Origin: Epithemia pelagica
Taxonomy: Eukaryota > Protista > Bacillariophyta
Reading direction: 5' to 3'
Assembly (NCBI GenBank): GCA_946965045.2
Contig: OX337234.1
Coordinates: 930,001 to 994,000 of the forward strand
DNA: 64,000 bases
Part shown: one piece after another, positions 12,092-23,828 of the stretch
Layout of the letters: each line of letters begins with the position of its first letter
Numbering within the stretch: the stretch's first letter is position 1
Notes under the pieces: model-generated
Told to the model about the DNA's origin: nothing
Databases searched by the model: none
The model's input: only the letters and a program-made list of their open reading frames with translations
Made by a program: the position numbers and the translations under genes

Positions 12092-12298
12092 TGTTGAAGT
12101 TGGTGAAATGTGGGTCATGCGCTTGCTGGTTCTGGAAAGCACATTTTTAGTAATAACGTGAGGAAGGGGCATGCGCATGTTCTTGAAGGTGTGCGCGTGT
12201 CCTGCGCGCGGATGATTCTAGTAGGATGCGCTTAGGGGTGCTTTCTTATCGATAATTAAACCGCCATAAACTGGCGTACCGTTCCTTCCTTAGATGAG

Positions 12299-15099
12299 CT
12301 CACAGTCGAAAGAAGGCTGACAATGAGGACCGCCCCTTTGACCCAGCTCGAGACTGCCCTGTCTGCAAGAGAGAGGCAGCAGGCAAGTCCCAACCACATC
12401 GAAAACATCACGATCTTTGCCCTCGTAGTAGAAGCAATCGCAAAAACCAAAAAGTATGCACAAAGTACATGAAGAAACTGACGGACGTGTTTGCATCGAA
12501 CCAACAACGCCAGTCTTCCCTCAAACAGAAGGAGGCCGTCCAGCAGCAAGCGATGTACACTTTCTTTGTCCCTTCTCCTGAGAGGAAAAGGAAGGCAAGT
12601 GACGACGACTCGAAACCGAAAGCAAAGAAGCTGAAACCACCCCCACAGGAGCAGATGAATCTTCAACCACCACCTCCACCACAAAATGGCGGCAGTACAA
12701 ATGACCCAATTGTTTTGGATGATGAATCCGAAATGAACAGGAACCTCTCTGTGGATCAGATGGAAGTAAATGAGACCGAATCTCCTCCCACTGGTCCTCC
12801 CCTTGTTGCCTCGAATGTTGCGACTGGAGTAACAGATACAACGCTTCCACCAATGGCAATGCCAACAGGTTCCCTTCTTACCATCGTTGAAGGGAGCTTA
12901 AGTGGAGATGGCAGTAAAAAAAAGAAAGGATTCCCTGAACCCATCAGTATAGTTGCGGAGTTCATTTCAAAGATGTCGAAAGAGGATTTGGACTTGTGGT
13001 TTCCACCCCATAGTCTCAAGTTTGTAATCCCCAATGACAGGAGCTACGGTAGACCACTCAACCCCCTCTACCATTCAGTCGAGGGTACGTCCCTTTATCA
13101 TGTTCACTGGGAAGCCCATTTCCCCAATATCAGGATCCTTTGTCCGGATCCAACCTGCGACGGAGGGATACTGAAACAAGATCGGACGAATTATTCCAAG
13201 AATAAGACTTTGATGCCCTTGTTTAATATGAGTGGACCGCCATCGTGGTGCATAGTGATGTCGTATGTTTGTCAGACATGTGGGTTGCGGTACAATGGCA
13301 ATGATGGTCGTGTGCTTCTCACGTTACCCAAGTACGTGCGTAATGCATACCCCGTGGAGCCGAAGTATGCTGGAGCGGGCAACTGCCATCTCGACCTCGA
13401 CTGTTGTCATGTTGTGCAAGAGAATATGGTAACGTACGGAAACAGCGAACAGCTTGCGCGATTGATTGCGAGCCGAGGAAGTAAGGACTACCTCCGTCGG
13501 CTCGCTGAGTATGTCTCTTTCATGAGCCATTACAAAGCTCACAGCGACAACCCAGTCACCCCTGTAGAGTATCCCAGCTTTGAAGAGTTCATGCCAACCA
13601 TGCCCCCAGCTGGTGATACGATTCGAGATCTGTTTGATGAAGCTTGCGCTTCGAACCTTACACCTTATGGGGTAAGCAATCATGATTGGTGTGTTTGCGA
13701 GATGCAATCAGTTGGAACCAACGCTTTCTTTGCCCAAGACCATACAATGGAGATGGTCAAGAACTACACCAAGAAGCTTGGAGCGGCGGCCGCTTGGGAT
13801 ACAGCAACCGAAACCGGTGAAATCGCTTCCGTTGTATTGACAGGAGGCACTGGGGTGGCTGATATTGCGCATGCCGCCGAGCAATTGGCCCGTCGACCAC
13901 ATTTCAATCCGGTTGCCATGTACAGTGACACGTACCCCGCTAAGGATGCGTTCTGGAAGATCTTGTTCGGTGCGGTACTCACTGGGCGACTCGGTTTGTA
14001 CCATTTTCAACAAAGGATCATCAAAACGCTTCGTCAGGGCCACATCGATTATCATAGAGCTTTGCGAGAACTCTGCCATTGCATCTATGAGTGGGAGCCC
14101 GAGACGTACCAGGCATTGATACAGGCTCTTCGTGCAGGAAATATGGGTCGAGACAAGAAACCATTGTCTGATCAAGATATCCTTGACATCGAAATGTCCA
14201 AGGATTTCCGTAAGAAGTATGGAAAGTTCCTCATGAAGAATATCAGGCCCCCTGATGTCATTCGACAGAAGCTTGAAGAATGGTTCTGTAATTACAAGGT
14301 TGATTCTTCCGATCCCATCGAACGACCTGGTCGCGGACGCCCCGATCCCATTACAGGAAAGAAGCTTTTCACCGTCGATACCAAGACCGCCGTGGAAGAG
14401 CAGAAGAAGAATGCGGCACATATTCAGGACATTGTGCCTGTTCAGGATATGTATCGCGTTATCCCACCCACGAAGACGACTCGTCATGGTTTGGTCGAGT
14501 ACAGTTCGTTGCGATGTGAATCGAAACTCGAGGGGTTCCATGATCACCTTGCTCACTTCGGTAATGTTGGAATGCGTTCTTCCTTGTGCGACAATGTCAA
14601 CTTGTTAGGTACAACAATGTACAACACGAGAATCCGTCATCGGCTTCGTATGGCTGCAACACCAGTCGATGAACGGCCGAATGTTCCAGCATATTGGGCC
14701 AATAATCCCACATTTTACAACCATTCCGAGCTCGGTTACATCAACGATCTCGCGAAGGAGTCCGGATATCCAATAATTCCTTTCGAGTATGCTCGTGAGT
14801 TGCCTGAAGACAACGGCGAGCGGTTCTTTTCAGAGTATTGGATTCAGGAGCGAGCAAGGCAGGCTGCTTTCCAATCGTCTCCCTTAAATGATCATTGTTA
14901 CTGTGATCAGTGTGGAAATAATCCGGTTCCTCTTGTTCATGACAAGAAGAAATCGTATGCTGTCAGCCATTTCTTCAGTGGGCCTGTCGTCCCAACCGAA
15001 ATGGCCGTCCACCTCATGACAAGAGTTGTCCGAAGTCGAGCAAAGCCAAAAGTAGGAAACTGGATTACGGCCGTCTCCGCGTTGTGTTTCATGCGGTGA
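12299..15099 (+). pseudogene. Mutator-like DDE transposase, copy 1
   Basis: Motifs AQDHT (D), MYSDTYP (D), GLYHFQQRI (H) and ESKLEGFH (E). The frame extends upstream through CPVC..PHRKHHDLC to the Plavaka insertion and joins 1143-1224 (MGVQSQKR). A 470-bp deletion at 14953-14955 relative to copy 2 frameshifts the C-terminus. Confidence 0.75.
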
Positions 15100-15240
15100 C
15101 TGTTTGCCATTTGCGATAGTAATACGAACGATAAAAGACAGAGTAGTGTTTGCCAACATGTTCTATCATGGTTACAGTCAAGTTTCAAACTTGCCCATTA
15201 GAAGAATAGCAGAATGGAGAGACTCGCTCATATCCATCGC

Positions 15241-16602
15241 TTAGGGAGCCGTGGGAAATGGCTGTCCACGTGCAAATGGTGCTTCTAAGTGGTGACTCCC
15301 ATGAGAAGAGCGGCGGTTGGAAGGAGCTGGTGTGGCTCCCCATCCACTACCACGAGGGGGAGCAGCGGAACCACGATGGGCCGTGTTGCTGTGAACCTGA
15401 GTCGTACCGGCTCGGGAGCCCGTTTCAATGTGAGTGGGAATAGTGGGTTCCCCACCTTCTTTGAGATCGGCCATCTTTTCCGTAGCCATGCTCGTCACCC
15501 AAGCTCCGTTGATAACCACAGCGTAATGCTTTACACCTTCAGCCACAACCAACGGTGGTTTGATAAACGGTTTCGATGGTTGCGTTGGCTTCGCCGGCTC
15601 ACATTCTTGCTGTGGGACAGGGGTGAGTGAAGCCGGTTCCTCAGCGTTTTTGTCTTCCGAGGAAAGCGCCTCATCCTCCATAATGGAATTCTTCTTGGGA
15701 GATTCATCCTTTTCGGCTTCCTCTTCAGAGGACTCGGACTCGTCGCCCCATACGCCTTCCTCGAGGTAGCCGTATTGGACGAGACGGTCTTCCGTCACTT
15801 CCCGGCTGATCGTTTCCTGTGCATCGTAGATCCAGTTTTGGACCACGGCAAAACCATGGAACTTGTTCGGAAGAAACTTCTTTGGGTCATCCTTGCGGCG
15901 ACCAGGAGGAAGAAGTACCACAATCGGCAAGACGGGGCTTTTGTGTAGAATGTTAATGGGCTCCGTCAAGCACACCCATTGATAAAAGGGTTGTAGTGTG
16001 TGCTGGATCACGTTGTTCACGTTCTGTAGGAGGTTCAAACGATCCGCAATCTTCTTCGCTCCATGGTCGCGTAGGTTTTGGAGCTCCGGAATCATGGAGC
16101 CTCCGCCACGGTCCGCTTTGTAAAACCACAAGCAATCGTCCATTGCCCAAGCAAGCCCGAAGGCCGCTGAGCAAGTGCGTTTCACCATAGAGGGGAAGGA
16201 AATCGTTCGGGGAATATGGCGGTCAAGGATTTTGGCAAAAACCATGTTCTTGTCGGTTGATTCGCCATCGCCTCCCTGGGAATCATCGTCGTCGATCAGC
16301 ATCTCGGCAAGCTTCTGAGCTGGTTTCTTTTCTTCCTCTTTTGAGGAAAATGCCCCCGCCTTCAGTGCTTTGGATGCTTCTTCCTTCGACACTTTCCTGA
16401 CGACGCCATCAGGGGAGCGGATTTCTACGAGTCTCACGGAGGAGCCTCCAGTGTCATCCGAAGCGTCGGACTCGCGTTTCTCAACACGGGCTTTCTTCTT
16501 TTCGGGAATCGTGTCGAGGGGCTCATCCTTTTGCGTGCCATCTTCCTTAGAAGCGGCGGCAGCGGGAGGCCTTTTCGGAGCGGCTTTGCGTTCACGTGCC
16601 AT
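15241..16602 (-). CDS. Accessory protein of the Mutator-like unit, function unknown
   Basis: Open ORF from MARERKAAPK, convergent with the transposase and duplicated at 47285-48601. Confidence 0.65.
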   Translation of the reverse strand: MARERKAAPKRPPAAAASKEDGTQKDEPLDTIPEKKKARVEKRESDASDDTGGSSVRLVEIRSPDGVVRKVSKEEASKALKAGAFSSKEEEKKPAQKLAEMLIDDDDSQGGDGESTDKNMVFAKILDRHIPRTISFPSMVKRTCSAAFGLAWAMDDCLWFYKADRGGGSMIPELQNLRDHGAKKIADRLNLLQNVNNVIQHTLQPFYQWVCLTEPINILHKSPVLPIVVLLPPGRRKDDPKKFLPNKFHGFAVVQNWIYDAQETISREVTEDRLVQYGYLEEGVWGDESESSEEEAEKDESPKKNSIMEDEALSSEDKNAEEPASLTPVPQQECEPAKPTQPSKPFIKPPLVVAEGVKHYAVVINGAWVTSMATEKMADLKEGGEPTIPTHIETGSRAGTTQVHSNTAHRGSAAPPRGSGWGATPAPSNRRSSHGSHHLEAPFARGQPFPTAP

Positions 16603-16982
16603 GGTCAAGTGAACACCAGTAGGATCCAATGGGAAACACCGGTGGGTATGGGAATGGTGGGAAGTTACTCGCAACGTTGGGTGCAGTTACTCAATTTGTG
16701 AACGAACTGTGTGTGAGTGATTGCTTCCACTATTTTGTTGTGTGACAGTTCTGGTACTGGTTCACGTACCTACCGTAATTTGCGGATTCCTGTCCCCCCG
16801 GAATGTTCAAAAATTCAGAGGGGGGGGGGGGGGACAGGACTACGTAAATTTTTTTGTAAATTTTTTTTAAGATTCCATAAGATTCCATATCGTAGTACTA
16901 TTTACAAGACAGTGTTTTTTCGCGCTTTTTTTGATTCGGTGGTGGGAGGTCCGCTCATCACTGCGTGTAAGAGCTTTTGGCC

Positions 16983-18320
16983 ATGGACGCTGCGGATGAA
17001 GACCACATCAACGTCCCAAAGCGATGTCGGGTTTTCATTCCCAACAAAAGGAAGGTGGAGATCTGCAACAAACTGAGGAGAGGTCGTAGATTGGATGCCA
17101 ACTTTTCTTTAAAAAAGCTGGCAAGAGATGAAGATGTGGATCCCTCTCAGTTGAGACGATGGATGAAGCAAATGCCAACGCTCCTACAGGCTTGCCACGA
17201 TTCCAAGAAGTCGAAGTTCTCTGTCCACTTTGGCCGGAAGACAACCTTTCCGAAGGCAGATGACCTGGTGGACAAGATCATGGATTTGAGAGAGTCTGGA
17301 ATGCCAGTGTCCACCAACATGGCTGTCATAATGGCATGCCAGATGGACAACAACTTGCGTTGCAAGAGCTCTACAGCTAAGTATGCAATAATCAGACGCA
17401 TTCTCCGTGCCAAGGGTATTGTGATCAGATCAAAGACCCACGAGGCGCAAACCCATCCCAGAGAAAAGCAAGAAGAAGCCAAGCAGTTTGTCCAGTCTGT
17501 CCTTCCATTGATCCAACAGCCATGTCGTCATAAAGACTTCATTGCGAATATGGACCAGACCCCTGTGTTTTTTCAATGACTCCTAACACTACACTTGAAA
17601 CACAGGGGTCGAGAAGTGTACATGTAAGGGCGTCCAGTGGGAGTACAATGAGGGTGACGCTGGCTGTGTTTGTGACTGCAAATGGAGAGATGCTCCCCCC
17701 CCCCCCCCCCCTACATGGTTTATAAAGGTAAAGCCAATGGAAGAATCAACAGAGAGTTTACAGATGATAAGAACGACTATCCCAAGGACTGCTTTTACGC
17801 AGCACAGCCAAAAGCATGGATGGATGAGCGTATTTGTCTTGAGTGGGCAGAGAAGGTGGTGAAACCATGGGAACAGAAAGCCCCAGAAGGAATTACCCCC
17901 TTGTTGTTCCTTGACTCTTACAAGTGTCATTTGATGTCATCTGTGAATACTGCCATTGAGGAACTCGGAGTTGAAGTGGAGTACATCCCTGGTGGATGTA
18001 CTTCCCTTTGCCAACCAGTTGATGTTGGTATCAACAAGCCGCTCAAAAATCGGATTAGAGCGGCCTGGGAGCAATACATGTTGGAGGAGGGACTTGCACA
18101 GGATAAGACAACTCCTCCAAGTCGTCCTACTATTGCCAAGTGGTGTGAGATGGCTTTAAAGGAATTGGATGGGAATATCATTAGGCATGCCTGGCGACAT
18201 GGAGAATACTCATTTTTTCCTGGGGAGGTTGCTCCATCTACACCGACAGAAACAATCCAAGAATTGGAAGATAGTATGCAAGAACTCAGTTTGTCAAGTG
18301 ACAGTATTTCTATTGATTAA
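16983..18320 (+). pseudogene. pogo DD35D transposase with two homopolymer frameshifts
   Basis: CENP-B-like HTH N-terminus. DQTP, LDSY and QPVDVGINKP, with 35 residues between D2 and D3. Frameshifts lie in the T6 run (~17569-17574) and the C17 run (17695-17711). Confidence 0.9.
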
Positions 18321-18789
18321 TTAGGCTATAGAACTGATGCTTTTTTTCTTTTTGTTGTCTTGGTCTTCATCATCATCCTTTGATACGGAACTGAGTGGAC
18401 GTTTTCTTGGTGGAGTCTCCACAACTTCCACTAAAGCAGCACGACAAACACCACGTCCTCTGTAACTCTTTTCCCTCTCTGAAGGGAACTCTGAATCCTT
18501 TAAAAACTCGGTGACTTGAGCCAGCTTTCCATCATAGAGATGGGCATTCTTCTTCATGTATCTTGGAAGAAACCCAACTCTGCAGCGATCCACCCCATCT
18601 GTCACCCAGAATACAGCCAGCGCCGACTCTTCTTTTCCACAAATGGTTATTTGGACAAGTCTGATTTGAACAAGGGAGTTGTGTTGAAGAACAACACCAC
18701 AAATAGGATGTTCTTCACAACATCGGCCATTTGATGAGGCCTCAATGCCCACAATATTGATGGTATCTCCCGTCAGAGAAAACCCCATG
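18321..18789 (-). CDS. pogo second ORF, HIRAN-like domain
   Basis: Convergent ORF inside the TIRs. INIVGI...E.HP.CG...EESALAVFW..DG.DRCRVGFLP resembles the HIRAN pattern (AVAV...VG.LP). Basic C-terminal KKKK. Confidence 0.6.
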
Positions 18790-19524
18790 TTATGTGTGAT
18801 ACACCGATGGAAAGCTCGTAATGTCACGAATCACGTAGTGTATTCAAACCTAACGTAGCTTACTTCCTGGTAAAGTTAGAGATCCATGTACATCACTGGG
18901 TGGGGGGGGGGGCAGGACTATAGGGGGGACAGGAATCCGCAAATTACGGTAGGTACATACGTGATACTGGTAGGCTTTTCACGTTGAAATTAGCGATTTT
19001 CATGTAAACCTATTAGACCGGTTTGTGTCACGATTTTTATGGATGGGTTTGATTGGTTAATTTTCTATTCCTATCGTTTTTCTATCATTTTGTTGAGTGG
19101 TTCGTAATTTTTACTATAGTCTTAATTGTACTGATTCGATTCCTTGTGCGACGTGCTGTGGGTGGCTTTGGGTTGGGAGTGATTGGGAGTGAATCTTTCC
19201 CCCTTTCCCCCCTCTCGCCTCTTCTTCTTTCTTTCCCCTTCCTCCCCCCCCTCTTTCCCCCCTCCTTCTGCGCCTTTCCCCCCCCCCTAGCCCGGGGGGG
19301 AGGCTGACTCTCAGTATTGTAGTCCGTAGGCGGAGAAATTTGTTATGACGATTAGACGGACATTATGGGATAGACTGACAGACAGTGGAGAGTTCCTGTC
19401 TGGATCCCAGTCACTTATAGTACGTCATCTGTATCCTGACGAGCGCGATCGATTAACGGACTCATTCAGTTCATGAAGATGACGTCATTATTTAGAGTGA
19501 CGGATCGATAAGACGTTTTGGACC

Positions 19525-20440
19525 ATGACGAAGATGCAGCAGAGGATTTACAGACGTTTCGTTTCATTCTCATTTCTCATGGCTACTATACATGTAACGC
19601 TCTCTGGAATCTGTCGTAGCATTCTCGATTCCTTCTGGTTCGGAGCAGCAGCCACTGTGGAAGAGCCGTCGAACAAGGCCACCCCAATTCTGGAGGGGAT
19701 TGGCCCCGTCCAAAAGTGGATTTGAACCAATACAAGCCCTCGACTCGTTGCAAGATATTGCCATGGAGTGGACCGCCAACGTGAAGCAGAAAATATCGGA
19801 AAAAGAAGCCAAGACAGTTCTTGGAGTTGGAAATGCTACTCAACTGTTTGTTGACACGGTTGAAGTCCTGGTCCCTCGTCAACCTGGACAAGAATTGGGA
19901 TGGGAACTGGCCGAAATTGCCAGAGGCCGAGACAACGGACTCGGCATTACCCTTATTACGGGTGTTTTGGAAGGAGGACCAACAGATGGGTTGGATATAT
20001 TTCCTGGCGATTCCATTTCCAAAATTACCTTGCTTCGGCACCAAACAACCACTGGGGATGCCCTGTCCAAAGTCCAAGAAGCCATTCCGCTGCGAACCGA
20101 CAACCATTGATAGTCTAGCGGATTGCTCCAAGAATATGGATGAGACTCTGAAACCGACGAGAGTGACGGTCAAGATGCAGTACCCACGACCCTCGCAAAA
20201 TGAACATGATGCTACCCTGGAACTCTTTGCAGGAGAAAACCTACGAATGGGAATGCTCGTTCGAGGTGTCAAGCTCAATGATGCATTGGCCAATAGGGTT
20301 GCAACAGCGAATGGAGGTAGGTAGCGCATGTTTCTCGTTTGTGTGCATACAACGACCATAGTGACTTCGTCCCCTCAAGTATTCTCTTGCTTCCTGTTCT
20401 GAACGACGCTTTTTGCATGACACAGTCAGTTGTGGTGTTG
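19525..20440 (+). pseudogene. Decayed PDZ + 2Fe-2S ferredoxin-like gene fragment
   Basis: PDZ-like LGWELAEI...GITLITGVLEGGP...IFPGDSI, then LELFAGENLRMGMLVRGVKLND and SCGVGAI after a probable intron. Frameshifted and truncated. Confidence 0.55.
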
Positions 20441-21156
20441 GAGCCATTGTTGCCCGGTTTTTGAAAATGGCTCTGGATGAAGGGTTTTTTGACCAACAAA
20501 CGCCTGGCAGTTTTTGATTGGGTCCTCATTTACGGATCAATCTTAACCACAGCCGACCACAATCATTTTTTGGAACATTTCAGCCTCGAAAAGGTGCTTG
20601 TGGAGCAAAAGTTTCATGAATCGTCGGCGCAATGCACTCAGTAGTCTGTCAAGAACCACTTTCCACAGATCATTAATCTCTGTTTTGCTGCAAATGTCCC
20701 AAGTACTTTGTGAATCAGGCAACAGAAAACTGTCCGCACTGTGCCACTTTCACGGAGGCTCAGTATGCCATTGAGCATGGCAGCCGATGCCTTTGATTGC
20801 ACAACAAATAGTGGGTGATCCAAGGTTTAGCCAGTCCTCACCAGACATGTAGTGGAGTAGCTCAAGGTGGAGCATGAAACCTGAACCGAACGACAGAGAT
20901 TGCTCTGGATGAGGGACTTTGCACCTCTACGGCTGTTTCAGCCACTCAACATGCCCCAGAGGAACGAGACACCAACCGTGAACACTGGCAAGGATGACTG
21001 GCCATCTTTTGAAGGTTTCATGGTTGATTGCGAGACGTACAAAAAAGACAGGGTGATCCGAGGTGTGGCCAGTCCCCACCAGACATGTGGAACACGGACG
21101 AGCCATGGAACGACGACAAATCTTCTCCCTGGCGACGACCAATGCGAAGTACTCTG

Positions 21157-21672
21157 TTAATGCAAGTGTCCTTGCGACTTTGTGAGGATACGAACAATTT
21201 GCATCATAATTTCGGTTGTTATCATGAATCTAGACGAGGATTTTGTATCACTGGGCAATTGGCTATTGCCACTGGACGAGAAGGATGATTCATCTTCTCC
21301 TTCTCCTCTAACTCCTCCAACCGGCAGTCGATAGGGCGACGGAAATTGAATCAAAATGCCGGCGACCGGTCCCAAATACTCGTGTTCGAGTTGCTCCAAC
21401 ACATGTTGGACCGACGCATGACAAAATTGCAATCGGTCCTCCAATCCCCATCGGTGTGCCATGCCTCGGCCATATCGAATGGCCAATTGAGACAAGTCAC
21501 ACCCCACAAAGTGACACTCGGACCATGACAAGGCGGCAGCATCCACCGGGCTGCTAGTGGTGGATAAATGTGACGGCAAGACGACATTGGTTGGTGGAAA
21601 AGAATCGTCCAAACTGGCCAATCCCAACAAGGAAGCTCCAAATCCACATCCCAGATCCACCACAAGCACACT
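21157..21672 (-). pseudogene. SAM-dependent methyltransferase fragment (TrmB-like)
   Basis: Motif I VLVVDLGCGFG, FVGCDLS and ILIQFPSPY. The 5' end is lost where it abuts photolyase copy A in the opposite orientation. Confidence 0.65.
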
Positions 21673-23189
21673 AGCAAGGAGAAGAATAATCCCTTTGCCA
21701 TTCCATCCTTGACCGACTTGGGATATACTAGTGCGGAGCAGCGGGAGAATGGATTGAAACACTGCGGCAAGGGTGGTATCGACTTTATGGGTGGAGAAAC
21801 GGCCGGTCTACAACTTTTGGATACCATGAAAACGTCATCAATGGGTCGCCACGTTTGAAAAACCCAAGACAAGTCCCAATGCCTTGACGGTCGATACGAC
21901 TGGCTTGAGTCCCTGTAAGTGACAACCGAACCGAATGAATCCACCGCACTATATATGTGAATGCGCCGTACGTCCCCTCATGCTCCTGGCGTTTTTCTTG
22001 TGTGTGTGCGTTTCCACTGTCTGTGTATTATATATTATAGATGAAAAACATGGTTGCGTGTCACCCCGTCGCTTTTATCATGCCCTATCGGCCGTCTATG
22101 CCAAGTTTCCCGCCCGGGAACGATCCAAACCCCCCGTTTCCTTGCATGGTCAACTCATGTGGCGCGAATACAACTATTTAATGGGCTACAGTACCCCCAA
22201 CTTTGATCAAATGGTGGACAATCCCGTGGCGCGTCAAATTCCCTGGGACAATGATCCCGCCTTGCTCCAGGCTTGGCGGAATTCGCAAACGGGATATCCC
22301 TTTATCGATGCTATCATGACGCAACTTCGGGAAACGGGATGGATTCATCATTTGGCACGACATGCCGTGGCATGCTTTTTGACCCGCGGGGATTTGTGGC
22401 AAAGTTGGGTACGTGCAGCAGTATAGTATGGTTGGTTCGTTTCGTTTCGGGTTGGTATATCTGCTGCATAACCTATTATGCGACGCATGATTCCCCTCTT
22501 ATATAATAGGATTGTACGACCACACTCTCACTCATCTCTTGTCTCTCGTCGTCACACACAGGAAAAGGGAGCAGAGGTCTTTGAAGAATTGTTAATTGAT
22601 GCCGATTGGAGTATTAACAATTTCAATTGGCAATGGCTATCGTGTACCGCTCACTTTTATCAATACTTTCGCTGCTATAGCCCCGTGGCCTTTGGCAAAA
22701 AGACGGATCCGTAAGTATACCGCCGGAGAGGCAGATTTGGCGTCGTCCTGGTCCCACTTGTTTTCATTACGACGCTTCTCACCACAAGCCACGCCAACGA
22801 CAATACGACAGGAATGGCAATTACATTCGCAAATGGCTCCCTCAATTCAAGAACATGCCCAAAGCGTTTATCTATACACCGTGGGAAGCACCTATTGAGG
22901 TACAACGAAAATGCGGTGTTGTCATTGGAAAGGATTATCCACCGCCCATTATAAGTCTAGGTAATGTCGTCGTCGTGGTTTGTTATCGGTGGGTGCTATG
23001 ATTGGTGGCTCAATTTTCTGACGCCTTCTCTTCGAACGACCCCCAGGGGATCACAGTGTCATTTCCAAGGCCAATATGGGCCGCATGAAACAAGCCTACG
23101 ACCAACAAAACGGCGCCAACGCGGCTCCACCCGCCGCTCCGAGAGAACCAGCACGAAACGAATCGGGCCGCAAACGACGGAGAACGTGA
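21673..23189 (+). pseudogene. CPF1: (6-4) photolyase/cryptochrome copy A, 5'-truncated
   Basis: FAD-binding half only ([34 protein letters not shown]). Last donor GT>AT (~22951) and an indel near the last acceptor. Confidence 0.9.
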
Positions 23190-23828
23190 CGACGAAATAT
23201 AACACAATGATGAGTCATTGTGCGCGCAAGTATCTACCCATTAGATAGATGACACGGTTTATGAAAGGATTGTAAACCATTATACCAACAACAGAAATAC
23301 AATAATAGAAAGACTCAAACCCTGATATTGGGCTGGGTGACCGAGGATTGGGAGGTGACTGTGTATAGCAAATGAGTGAGGTTGTCTAGAGCAAGTTTTT
23401 CAGCAGATACAAATCCTGTTCTTTAGAGACACACATAGAAGCGCATCCATCTCTAGGATTCGTGCATAAGACGATTATAGGACCTACAACAACTACGGGC
23501 TATACCTCTATTCTATGAGTAGTAGGCACACAACTTCGTCCTTCTTACTTGAGGGTGGCGTCAATGATAAAGATTGTTGAAACAAAAAGTGTTTGTTGCT
23601 GGACCTCGGGTTGTCGATGATGTATGCGAGGCACTCGGCATTCCTTGCCATCCCACTGACGGTGGTGTGAAAATGCTGAAGACCGACCGGGACAACATGG
23701 ATGTTAACCGTTTCGTTTTGGAAAATCAGCACGAACACCTTAGTAACACCACACACGTATTCATGCTCCATGATCTTCTGTCGTTGAGTTTCAAAAAGAT
23801 TCTTCCTCAAACTTCCGCACCTTCGAAC

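Larger units (their letters stand above)
1225..12296. mobile_element. Plavaka/CMC-like DNA transposon, 11,072 bp, internally deleted
   Basis: TIRs CATCTAAGGAGGGAA (1225) and TTCCTTCCTTAGATG (12296) match 14/15. Flanked by AG (1223-1224, 12297-12298). The empty site TCAAC-AG-CTCAC is at 43839-43840. Encodes a Plavaka-like transposase. Confidence 0.9.
16773..18949 (+). mobile_element. pogo-family (Tc1/mariner) transposon, 2,177 bp
   Basis: Perfect 27-bp TIR CCGTAATTTGCGGATTCCTGTCCCCCC. TA duplication at 16771-16772 and 18950-18951. Empty site CACGTACC-TA-GGTACATACG at ~48761-48780. Confidence 0.97.
585..19344 (+). mobile_element. Mutator-like two-gene unit, copy 1 (interrupted by two nested transposons)
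   Basis: 585-1224 + 12299-16772 + 18952-19344 is near-identical to 43200-49158. Shared sequence starts at (A)GGCAGAGATATG and ends at GAGAAATTTGTT. Contains a DDE transposase (+) and a convergent ORF (-). No TIR or TSD found, so a plain segmental duplication is not excluded. Confidence 0.6.

Noticed and set aside
19280-19344. Helitron 3' end for the duplicated unit
   Set aside because: A hairpin is present, but there is no CTRR terminus, no 5' TC and no Rep/helicase, and the unit encodes a DDE enzyme.
19430-19490. Hammerhead ribozyme (CTGACGAG...GAA)
   Set aside because: No stem II closing onto GAAA and no flanking stems could be formed.
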